DNA of 64,000 bases. Source: Trueperaceae bacterium. Lineage in GTDB: Bacteria > Deinococcota > Deinococci > Deinococcales > Trueperaceae. The notes below the pieces were generated by a model. It was given only the letters and a program-made list of their open reading frames with translations, made no database searches and was not told the DNA's origin. The position numbers and the translations under genes are program-made. The stretch lies in the NCBI GenBank assembly GCA_965215565.1, contig CBDCDZ010000004.1:3200001-3264000 (forward strand), written 5' to 3'. Shown one piece after another: positions 48,567 to 56,748 of this stretch; positions within the stretch are counted from its first letter, which is position 1, and the number at the start of each line of letters is the position of its first letter.

Positions 48567-49409
48567 CTAGTGCCACCGCCCCAACGCTCTGGCGACTCTC
48601 GCGTCGAGCCGGTCAAAGTCAGCCTCTGAAATCTCGCTCAAGGGTTTCTCCAAGAGGTGCGCCAAGTAGCAGCGGGCGGCGCTCTCTAGGTGCGGCCTAT
48701 AGGTGGGGTCCGCGAGCACGTGCGGGAGGAGTTCTTGCAGCTTCTCTTTGAGGTACGCTCTCGCGAGATAGGCCGCCACGTGCCGCTCGTCGTCGCTCAG
48801 CATGGGCGTCGCTTGGGCGGGGTCAAGCGCGAGTTGATGGCTCGCACGTTGGATGAGGCGTGAGCCGCTGTAGCGCGTGCACACCGTGCAGAGTGCGCCA
48901 CTTCCAATTAGCGTTTCGCAGACCGTACAAGGGGTCCAACCTTCGGACAAGCGCCTCGAGCGGTACGCGAGCATCGCTTTGGCGGCTTGCATAGTGGGTC
49001 TGGAGAGGTCGTCGGGCAAATCCAACTGACCGAGTTGACGCGCGAGCGTCGCCAAGGCCTTAGGGTCAACGGGCGCTTCGGGGGGCTTCTCTTTAGGCGC
49101 ATCCGGCGGAGCCTGCCGCCCCACCCGGAAGCGCACCTCTTTGATGTCCTTCACGCCGAACTTCGCCCGGTAGACGTTCAAGAATTTCTGCCGCTGAAAG
49201 CTCAGGTGCATCGCCGTCTCCGAGTCGGGCACCTCGACGAAGAGCGTGCCGTCCTGGACGCTCCGCGCGGTGGTGAACCTGGCGACGTTTGCGCCGACGA
49301 CTTGGGGCCATAAGAGCACCGCTTCGGCGCGTCTGACGCCGCGCCGCATCCCGCCGCGCTTAAAGACTTCGGCGAGCACGTCGGCGACGTTGCTCGGTTT
49401 ATTCGTCAT
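48567..49409 (-). CDS. DUF721 (DciA-like) protein with zinc ribbon
   Basis: WPQVVG..VA.FT; CTVC twice; overlaps recF stop. Confidence 0.8.
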   Translation of the reverse strand: MTNKPSNVADVLAEVFKRGGMRRGVRRAEAVLLWPQVVGANVARFTTARSVQDGTLFVEVPDSETAMHLSFQRQKFLNVYRAKFGVKDIKEVRFRVGRQAPPDAPKEKPPEAPVDPKALATLARQLGQLDLPDDLSRPTMQAAKAMLAYRSRRLSEGWTPCTVCETLIGSGALCTVCTRYSGSRLIQRASHQLALDPAQATPMLSDDERHVAAYLARAYLKEKLQELLPHVLADPTYRPHLESAARCYLAHLLEKPLSEISEADFDRLDARVARALGRWH

Positions 49410-50449
49410 GATCTATCCACATTGACCTGACCCCCTGATACAAAAAAATGTTTCGCTGCGTGCGGCGGCGCTTCGGTGCCACTTACCAGTGCCTGCGGCG
49501 TATTCGCGGCGAGCGAGAGGAGAAACTCGCGTCGCCCCGCGTCGAGTTCGGCGGTGAAGTCGTCCAGGAGGAGCACGGGCGCTTCGCGGTGTTTTTCGTT
49601 CAAGAGCCTGTACTCGGCGACGCGCAGGGCCAACGCGGCGGTGCGTGCTTCGCCGCGAGAGCCGTACGCCTGCACGCTGTAGCCGTTTAGCGTCAACACG
49701 AGATCATCGCGGTGGGGTCCCACGACGGTGACGCCGCGAGCGCGCTCTTCGTCTTCACTCGCGAGGAGCGCCGTTTCTAAAGCCGGTCCCTCTGCGCTCG
49801 CTAAACTCACGCCGAGTTCTTTATCCTGCCCCGATATCTCCGCGTAGCTCGCTCTGGCGATGTCGCAAATGCGCCCCACCGCCCGCTCCCTGAGCGCCAT
49901 GATTTCACCGCCCAGTTCCACAAAGCGCTCCGTCCACACGCTCAGCGTCGGGTCAACCCTCTTCAAGCTCGCGTTGCGCTGTTCCACCACCCGATTATAC
50001 TCGCGGCTGAGGAGCGCGTAGCGGTACGAGAGGCGACTCAGCAGCGAGTCGAGGTAGTGCCGCCGCGCCGAGGGCGAGCCGTGGACCATGTCGGCGTCCT
50101 CAGGCGTGACGAGCACCGCCGCCGCGACTTTGGCAAGCTCAAAGGTCCGCACGTTCTGCCCGTCTAAGCGGATCACCTTGCGCCCCGGCGCGAGCCCGAT
50201 CTGCGTCGTGCTGACGCCATCATCCCGCTCGATTTGGGCACTCACGAAGCCCTCCTCCTCACCGATGCGCACCGTCTCGGCGATTTTACCGCCCGGCAGT
50301 TCGCCCGTGCAGCCCAGATACACCGCCTCTAACACGTTCGACTTGCCCGCCGCGTTGCGCCCGACGATGGCGTTGACACCGGGGGAGAACTCGAGCCTCG
50401 GCGTCCGCAAATTGCGGTAGTTGAGTTGCGACAGCGACAGCAGGAGCAC
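49406..50449 (-). CDS. recF: DNA replication/repair protein RecF
   Basis: NYRN, GRNAAGKSN, GPHRDD, SRGE, LLDDFTAELD. Confidence 0.95.
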   Translation of the reverse strand: MLLLSLSQLNYRNLRTPRLEFSPGVNAIVGRNAAGKSNVLEAVYLGCTGELPGGKIAETVRIGEEEGFVSAQIERDDGVSTTQIGLAPGRKVIRLDGQNVRTFELAKVAAAVLVTPEDADMVHGSPSARRHYLDSLLSRLSYRYALLSREYNRVVEQRNASLKRVDPTLSVWTERFVELGGEIMALRERAVGRICDIARASYAEISGQDKELGVSLASAEGPALETALLASEDEERARGVTVVGPHRDDLVLTLNGYSVQAYGSRGEARTAALALRVAEYRLLNEKHREAPVLLLDDFTAELDAGRREFLLSLAANTPQALVSGTEAPPHAAKHFFVSGGQVNVDRS

Positions 50450-50544
50450 GGCGTAGTGTAACCGAGAAGTAGGGAGGAGGAAAAGTAAGAGACGTGCAGG
50501 CTTCGCACCTCTTGTTCCTTAATTTCTACTTCTTACTCTACCTT

Positions 50545-50744
50545 TAGCACTTTCAAAACATACTGAGACGGATGAGTACAGGTTTCGGCTCGCAGACCGA
50601 TTCCGCTAGGCTTTGCCTGAGAGCGGGATTTCATCACCAAATGTATGTGCCAATTACGAAGTTTTCGCAAAGCGAAACAGTATCTCTTACAGTGAAAGTA
50701 TTTCTAACCAGACGATTGCGTGAAGCTTCCGAAGGAACCTGCTA
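50545..50744 (-). mobile_element. MITE-like family copy G with micro-inserts
   Basis: tagcactttc..catactgagacggatgag...acctgcta; CTT on both flanks. Confidence 0.8.
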
Positions 50745-50882
50745 CTTAATGAACCTTTTCTAAAGCCCTGCGAAGTCTCAAGCTCTGCTAAACTCTGTAA
50801 GAAGTATCACTTTACAAAATGTCTGCTCGCACCGCGTCAAGTCGCCTCTCCATTTCCACTCAACTATGCTCTGGAGGATTTT

Positions 50883-52166
50883 ATGCGCTATCCAAACAAA
50901 CTCAGCACCCTCGCCCTATTCCCCTTTCTCGTCCTTTTGCTCGGAGGGTGCGGCGGCATCTTTTGCGGCACGGAGACCTACACCTATACCGAAACGGTCC
51001 CGGTCTACGTGCAGAAGAGCGAGATGGACAAGGTGGAGAGCCGCGCTCCGCGTGACATCAAAGAGCCCGGCAAAATCTATCTGCACGGCACCCTTATCTT
51101 GATCAACGAGGTAAATGAGGGCGTCCATATTTTAGACAACAGCGACCCTAAAAACCCTGTTCCCCTCTCGTTCATCGCCATCCCCGGCAACCACGACCTC
51201 TTGGTGCGCGAGGACGAGACGGGCAGGGTTCTCTACGCGGACAACTACACCGACCTCGTCGCCATCGACCTCAGCGATCCGCAAGAGGTCAGCGTGATGA
51301 AGCGGGTGGAGGATGTGTTCGTCGATTTCTACCCTCAGCCTGTGGACGAAGAAATCAGTCCTGAGCAGTTCTTAACAGGGTACGAAGAGGGCAGGGAGAT
51401 TACAGAGACCTATAGGGATTGTGGCGGCTTCGTCGAGGACTCACCTGTTGCTGCTCCCGCGCCTTCTCCCGGCAATGGTGGCGGTGAGGGTGCGTCGCAG
51501 GGTGGCTCGCTGGCGCGGTTCGCGGCACTCGAGAATTTCCTCTACGCCGTCAACGGCGACGAGATTCAGAGCTTCCGCTTGGAGTCGCTGGACAACCCCG
51601 TCGTCTTCAACAGCACCTTCGTGGACTTCGGCATCGAAACGCTCTTTGTGTATGGGCGCGAGTCGGGCGATCAGCTCTACGTCGGCGGCAACCAGGGCAT
51701 GTACATCATGGACGCGAGCGACCCGGAGAACCTGCGCAAAGAGGGCGAAATCACCCACGTGCAGAGCTGCGACCCCGTCGTCGTGCAGGGCAATCTCGCC
51801 TACGTGACCCTGCGCGGGAGCTGCTTCGGGCAGAGCAACCGCTTAGAAATCATCGACGTGTCCGACGCGCGTTCGCCCGAGCTTATCGTGGACTACGCGC
51901 TGCAAGAGCCTTACGGCTTAGGGGTGGACGGTGACTACCTCTTCGTCTGTGACGGGGCGGCGGGGCTCAAAGTGTACGAGAACGCCAGAGACCCCAAAAA
52001 CTTGGACCTCATTATGCAGTTAGACGAGGTGAAGGCGAGGGACATCATCCCCTTTAACGACATCGCCATCGTCATCGCGGAGAACGGCTTTTTCCAGTAC
52101 GACTACAGCAACTTGGCGCAAGGGGAGATGACACTCTTGAGCAGCATTCTTGTGGCGGAGGAGTGA
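50883..52166 (+). CDS. LVIVD-repeat lipoprotein
   Basis: Lipobox LGGC; GVHILDNSDP.NP, LYADNY.DLV, GGSLARF, CDPVVV. Confidence 0.85.
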   Translation: MRYPNKLSTLALFPFLVLLLGGCGGIFCGTETYTYTETVPVYVQKSEMDKVESRAPRDIKEPGKIYLHGTLILINEVNEGVHILDNSDPKNPVPLSFIAIPGNHDLLVREDETGRVLYADNYTDLVAIDLSDPQEVSVMKRVEDVFVDFYPQPVDEEISPEQFLTGYEEGREITETYRDCGGFVEDSPVAAPAPSPGNGGGEGASQGGSLARFAALENFLYAVNGDEIQSFRLESLDNPVVFNSTFVDFGIETLFVYGRESGDQLYVGGNQGMYIMDASDPENLRKEGEITHVQSCDPVVVQGNLAYVTLRGSCFGQSNRLEIIDVSDARSPELIVDYALQEPYGLGVDGDYLFVCDGAAGLKVYENARDPKNLDLIMQLDEVKARDIIPFNDIAIVIAENGFFQYDYSNLAQGEMTLLSSILVAEE

Positions 52167-52169
52167 ATT

Positions 52170-52349
52170 TTAACCTCTTCTAAGCCACTCGAGCAGTGAT
52201 GCGACGTGTGCGAGAAGGCTCAAGTTGTACAGCGTTCGTCTCCAGCGCGGCGCTCCATCCGCCGACCGCGAGAGCCGCTGCCGCGCCGCCTCGCGCTCGT
52301 AATCTCTAGCTACCTCTTTCGCATATCTCAATAAGATGTCGTCTCTCAT
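52170..52349 (-). CDS. 59-aa small protein absent from ORF track
   Basis: MRDDILLRYAKEVARDYEREAARQRLSRSADGAPRWRRTLYNLSLLAHVASLLEWLRRG; AAGGA upstream. Confidence 0.55.
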   Translation of the reverse strand: MRDDILLRYAKEVARDYEREAARQRLSRSADGAPRWRRTLYNLSLLAHVASLLEWLRRG

Positions 52350-52472
52350 GCTTTCGGTCCTTTCGTAAGGAATTGGCGAGAACGAACTACAAAGGATGTT
52401 TAACCGCTACACGCTGCCTCAACCTTGCAGATTGAGGCAGGGCCTCTTTAGTGTGATAGGCTTCTACTTGAA

Positions 52473-53144
52473 ATGGCAGAGCTAAATTCCGGTAGACCGC
52501 CCGCCGCCGCGTTTTGCGTCATTCGCGACGCTGAACAAGCGAAGCTCCTCTGTGACCCCTCGAGCTTCCGCTACTTTGACCCTTTCATCGCCCAAACGAA
52601 GACGGCTACGGCGGCGGCGGAAGAGGTGGGCTGCAAGCTGGACACGATGCTCTACCGCGTGAAGACCTTCGTGAGGGTAGGGCTTCTAAAGGTTGAGCGT
52701 GAAGAGAAGCGAGCTGGACGCCCTGTGAAGCACTACCGCTCGAGCTTCGACGCCTACTTCGTTCCCTTCGAGGTGACGCCTTATGCGGGGCTCGAGGAGC
52801 GCATCCGCGAGATGCGCGCTGCTAACGGTGAGAGCATCATCCCTGCGGTGGCGCGACTGCTGCGCGAGTTCGGTTGGGAGGGGCAGCGCATCTACCGCCA
52901 TCCTGACGGCGAGGTGTGGCGTGAATCTGCGCTCGATGCGGAGGTGAATTTGCCTGACTTTAACGATCCGCGTTTACCTATTGGCAGGCAGTTTTTTAGC
53001 GAACTTTACCTCTTGGACGAAGACGCGCGGGCGCTGCAAGGGGAGCTTCGCGACGTTTGGGCGCGCTACGCGGATAAGGTCAAGCGAGATTCGATGCACA
53101 AAAAGTACGCCTTGGAGGTTGCGTTTTTAAGGCTCGAGCCCTGA
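52473..53144 (+). CDS. Winged-HTH (ArsR-like) domain protein
   Basis: AAEEVG....TMLYRV..F...GLL.V.....GRPVKHYR. Confidence 0.7.
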   Translation: MAELNSGRPPAAAFCVIRDAEQAKLLCDPSSFRYFDPFIAQTKTATAAAEEVGCKLDTMLYRVKTFVRVGLLKVEREEKRAGRPVKHYRSSFDAYFVPFEVTPYAGLEERIREMRAANGESIIPAVARLLREFGWEGQRIYRHPDGEVWRESALDAEVNLPDFNDPRLPIGRQFFSELYLLDEDARALQGELRDVWARYADKVKRDSMHKKYALEVAFLRLEP

Positions 53145-53181
53145 ACCTCTCGGCTCAGCGTTTTCGAGTAAGCTTAACCCT

Positions 53182-53574
53182 ATGGAACCTCGTATCAGCA
53201 TCGTTACCCTCGGCGTTCAAGACTTGGAGCGTTCTCTTTCGTTTTACCGAGATGGACTCGGTCTAACTCCGAGCGAGCATAACGGCAGTATCGTTTTCAT
53301 TCCGCTTAGAGGTCTAACGCTCGCGCTTTTCCCAAGAGACGCACTAGCCGAAGACGCTCAAGTACCAGTCGGAGAAGCCGGTTTTTCAGGTATCACGCTC
53401 GCGCACAATGTCGAGACCGAAAGAGAGGTTGATGGGCTTCTAAAGCAAGCAGAGAGCGCGGGCGGACGCATCGTAAAGTATGCGCAAAAAGCTTCTTGGG
53501 GTGGATATTCGGGTTATTTCGCTGACCCAGATGGTCACCTTTGGGAAGTCGCCGACAATTCGGGAATGATGTAG
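53182..53574 (+). CDS. VOC-family protein
   Basis: ISIVTLGV.DL, WGGYSGYFADPDGHLWEV. Confidence 0.9.
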   Translation: MEPRISIVTLGVQDLERSLSFYRDGLGLTPSEHNGSIVFIPLRGLTLALFPRDALAEDAQVPVGEAGFSGITLAHNVETEREVDGLLKQAESAGGRIVKYAQKASWGGYSGYFADPDGHLWEVADNSGMM

Positions 53575-53583
53575 GGGACCCAG

Positions 53584-54005
53584 ATGGCGTTAGAGAACCT
53601 ATACAAAGAGGTCATCTTGGAGCACTACAAGCGCCCGCGCAACCGGGGCGAACTCGAACACGCCACCGTGCGCGAAGAGGGGCTCAACCCCTCGTGCGGC
53701 GACGAGTTGGCGCTTTTTTTAATTGTCGAGAACGGTGCCGTCGCCGATATAAAGTTCATGTAGGCGAGGGCTGCGCCATCAGCCAGAGTTCCGCCTCGAT
53801 GATGAGCGAAGTGGTGAAGGGTAAGACGTTGGAAGAGGTCTTGGGGATGAGCGAGAAGTTCAAGGCGATGCTCCGCGGCGAGCCGCCCAGCGCCGAGCTT
53901 GGCGATTTGGGGACGCTGCAAGGGGTCTCGAAGCTGCACGCCCGCGTGAAGTGCGCGGCGCTGCCGTGGGTGACGCTCGAGCGTGCCTTGGAGCGCGCAT
54001 CATGA
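53584..54005 (+). pseudogene. sufU: SufU-type Fe-S scaffold, frameshifted near 53758-53763
   Basis: MALENLYKEVILEHYKRPRN..NPSCGD..IKFM-stop, then GEGCAISQSSAS..RVKCA in the -1 frame. Confidence 0.85.
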
Positions 54006-54949
54006 CGCACCTCATAACGCGTGGCACGAAACGACTTGCCATCCTCTTCGTGCTCCTCCTCAGCGCGTGCTTGCCCTCGTTGGAGATCGAACAAGAGCCC
54101 GCCATCATTCCGGGCGCACAGGCGCAGACCGTCACATTGGGCGAATACGAAACCTATTACGAGGTCATCGGCGAGGGACCCGCCGTGGTGATGGTGCACG
54201 GGATTGGCGGGGGCTCCTCCGGCTTTCAGTACCGCAAGAACGCGCCCGCCTTAGCCGCCGCAGGCTACCGGGTCTACGTGATCGACCTCTTGGGCTTCGG
54301 GCGGAGCGCGCACCCCGAAAGGCGCTACACACAAGACCTGTACGCCGAACAACTGACCGCTTTTTTAGAAGAGGTTTCGGGCGAGGCGTCGCTTGTGGCG
54401 AACGGTCTCAGCGCGGCTTACGCGATTCGCCTTGCGGCTGAGCAACCTGAACTCGCAGAAAGCCTCGTGCTGATTAGCCCGACGGGGTATGAGCGCCTGG
54501 CGCGTCCTCAAAACGAAGAGCGCGTAGAGGCGTTCGAAGGCTTCTCCGGCTTTGCAGGAAATCTCCTCTACGCCGCGCTCTTAGACGAGGGGACGCAGCG
54601 CTTTTTCCTCATCGACGCTTACGCCGGGCGCGAAAGCTTGACGCCCGAAGTCTTGGCGACTTACGACCGCAATCTCAAGGTGGAGAACGCGAAGTGGGCG
54701 GTGCTCTCCTTTATTTCAGGCAACTTAGACCAAGATGTCTCGTCTTTGTGGCCTGATGTAAAGCAGCCGACACTCATCGTGTGGGGGACGGAAGCCGACA
54801 CCACACCCATTGGCGACGCGGCGGACTTTTTGCGCGCCAGACCGGAAACCGAATTCATCCCCTTCACTGAGGCGAAGCTGCTGCCAAATGAGGACCGGGC
54901 GCAGACGTTCAATGAGGTGGTGCTCGAGTTTTTGAGGCGCGGCGAGTAG
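54002..54949 (+). CDS. Alpha/beta hydrolase-fold lipoprotein
   Basis: Lipobox LSAC; HGIGGG, DLLGFG.S; nucleophile elbow atypical (ANGLS). Confidence 0.8.
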   Translation: MTHLITRGTKRLAILFVLLLSACLPSLEIEQEPAIIPGAQAQTVTLGEYETYYEVIGEGPAVVMVHGIGGGSSGFQYRKNAPALAAAGYRVYVIDLLGFGRSAHPERRYTQDLYAEQLTAFLEEVSGEASLVANGLSAAYAIRLAAEQPELAESLVLISPTGYERLARPQNEERVEAFEGFSGFAGNLLYAALLDEGTQRFFLIDAYAGRESLTPEVLATYDRNLKVENAKWAVLSFISGNLDQDVSSLWPDVKQPTLIVWGTEADTTPIGDAADFLRARPETEFIPFTEAKLLPNEDRAQTFNEVVLEFLRRGE

Positions 54950-54950
54950 G

Positions 54951-55313
54951 TTAGCGCTGCTCCAGCACCACCACCGCCGCCGCGTGCGCCTTTGAATGGG
55001 TCAAACTCAGATGCGCGCTCCAACCCTCGCGCTTCATAACCGCTTCGATCTCCTCGCTGCAACGCAGCACAGGCTTCATCCCATCGCGCATGACCCACAC
55101 GTCGCGCCAGCCGTGTGACTCGGGCCAGCACTTTTGGAAGGCTTCTTTGGCAGCGAAGCGAGCAGCCAAGCTCGGCAGCGAGTTCTTCTGTTTAAGGCAG
55201 TACTCGAGTTCGTCCGGGTGAAAGTGCCGCTCCAAAAAGCGGTTGCGGTGGCGGTTCCAGACGCCCTGAATGCGCTCCAATTCGATCACGTCGAGTCCGA
55301 TAGCGACGATCAT
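54951..55313 (-). CDS. acpS: Holo-ACP synthase
   Basis: [22 protein letters not shown]. Confidence 0.93.
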   Translation of the reverse strand: MIVAIGLDVIELERIQGVWNRHRNRFLERHFHPDELEYCLKQKNSLPSLAARFAAKEAFQKCWPESHGWRDVWVMRDGMKPVLRCSEEIEAVMKREGWSAHLSLTHSKAHAAAVVVLEQR

Positions 55314-55334
55314 ACGCTGACCTTCATTCGCGCA

Positions 55335-56018
55335 TCATAGCGTGAGTTCGGCGACCTCTTCTGACGTCGCGACAAAGGCGCGTTCGGCGAGCCCTAAAAA
55401 GAGACCGTGCTCTAAAACACCGGGGATGACGCTTATGCGCACGGCGACCTCTTGCGCGTCAAACGGTTCGGTAAAGTGACAGTCGAGCAGCAGGTTGCCG
55501 TTGTCGCTCTTCACGGTCTCGCCCTCTTTCTCCCTCAGCACCACCTCACAGCCGAGCGCGGTGAGGTCCTCACGCGCCGCTTGCCAGCCGAAGGGGAGCA
55601 CCTCGACGGGGACGGGCGCTTTCTCGCCCAGGTAGCTCACGCGCTTGGTGTCGTCGCCGATGAGGATGAAGCGCTTCGCCCGCGCCGCCACGACCTTTTC
55701 TCGCGCCAGCGCGCCGCCCAACCCCTTGATGGCGTCTAGCGTGTCCGTCACCTCGTCCATGCCGTCAACCGCGACGTCCACACCCGAAGCGCCTAAGTCT
55801 TGTAGGGAGATGCCCAGGTCCCTTGCCATTCTCGCCGTCGCCTCCGAGGTGGGCACGGCGACGATGTCGCGCAGCGCGCCCTCGCTGAGCTTCTGCCCCA
55901 ACGCCTGGATGAGATACTTCGCCGTGCTACCCGTGCCGAGCCCGACGCGCATACCGCTCTCGATATGCTCCAGCGCTTTTAAGGCGGCTTGTTTTTTTTG
56001 CGCCTCGAGGTCAGGCAC
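55335..56018 (-). CDS. rpiA: Ribose-5-phosphate isomerase A
   Basis: GLGTGST, DGMDEV, KGLGGAL.REK, GVLEHGLF. Confidence 0.95.
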   Translation of the reverse strand: MPDLEAQKKQAALKALEHIESGMRVGLGTGSTAKYLIQALGQKLSEGALRDIVAVPTSEATARMARDLGISLQDLGASGVDVAVDGMDEVTDTLDAIKGLGGALAREKVVAARAKRFILIGDDTKRVSYLGEKAPVPVEVLPFGWQAAREDLTALGCEVVLREKEGETVKSDNGNLLLDCHFTEPFDAQEVAVRISVIPGVLEHGLFLGLAERAFVATSEEVAELTL

Positions 56019-56171
56019 GTTCGTGGTTTAGGTAGAGAGAGGATTGGGTCATGAGGTCTACTTTAGCAGAAGGAGCAGGTCAGCTAGGCCAGTGGGTCAG
56101 GGAAAACCTGAAAGGCTAGTTATCTGAGACACCACACTGTTTGCTCCCTCTTCGTATGTCAAGCTATCTTC

Positions 56172-56648
56172 ATGAGCATGAAACTTAAAGCGGGCGACAG
56201 AGCCCCCGACTTCAGCCTGCCCTCTAACAGAGGCGTCAAAACGCTCGCGGAGCACTCGGGCGAGTGGGTGCTCCTTTATTACTACCCCAAAGACGCCACG
56301 CCGGGCTGCACCCGAGAGGCGTGTGACTTTCGCGACCTCTCGGCGTCAGCGAAGTTAAACGCGCAAGTGTTGGGCATCTCGGGCGATGACCTCTCCTCTC
56401 ACGAGAGCTTTGCCGAGGAGAACAGCTTGCCCTTTCCGCTCCTCAGCGACTTGGAGCACGAGGTGGCGAGGCGCTACGGTGCGTACGGCGAGAAGAAGAA
56501 CTATGGTAGGGCGTATGAGAGCATCATCCGCTCGACCTTCATCATCAGTCCGCAAGGGCTGATCGCCGAGGCGATGTATAACGTCAAGGCGACAGGGCAC
56601 GCGGAGCGCGTAGCGAAGAAGTTAGAAACTTTACAAGGCGGGGTGTAA
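56172..56648 (+). CDS. bcp: Peroxiredoxin Bcp
   Basis: YYPKDATPGCTREAC.F. Confidence 0.92.
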   Translation: MSMKLKAGDRAPDFSLPSNRGVKTLAEHSGEWVLLYYYPKDATPGCTREACDFRDLSASAKLNAQVLGISGDDLSSHESFAEENSLPFPLLSDLEHEVARRYGAYGEKKNYGRAYESIIRSTFIISPQGLIAEAMYNVKATGHAERVAKKLETLQGGV

Positions 56649-56748
56649 GCGCGCCTAAAGGTGCATCCGTCACAGACAAGAGGTCAACAGGAGCGAGGAC
56701 TGAGAAACATCTCGCGTCCTCGCCTTCGCGCTGCTGATATAAGGAAGC

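Noticed and set aside
18998..50449. nfo, DnaQ-like exonuclease, nfi and recF as a DNA-repair or defence island
   Set aside because: Scattered over 30 kb among unrelated housekeeping genes
14571..50744. Repeats as a CRISPR array
   Set aside because: Dispersed, in both orientations, no repeat-spacer periodicity, no cas genes
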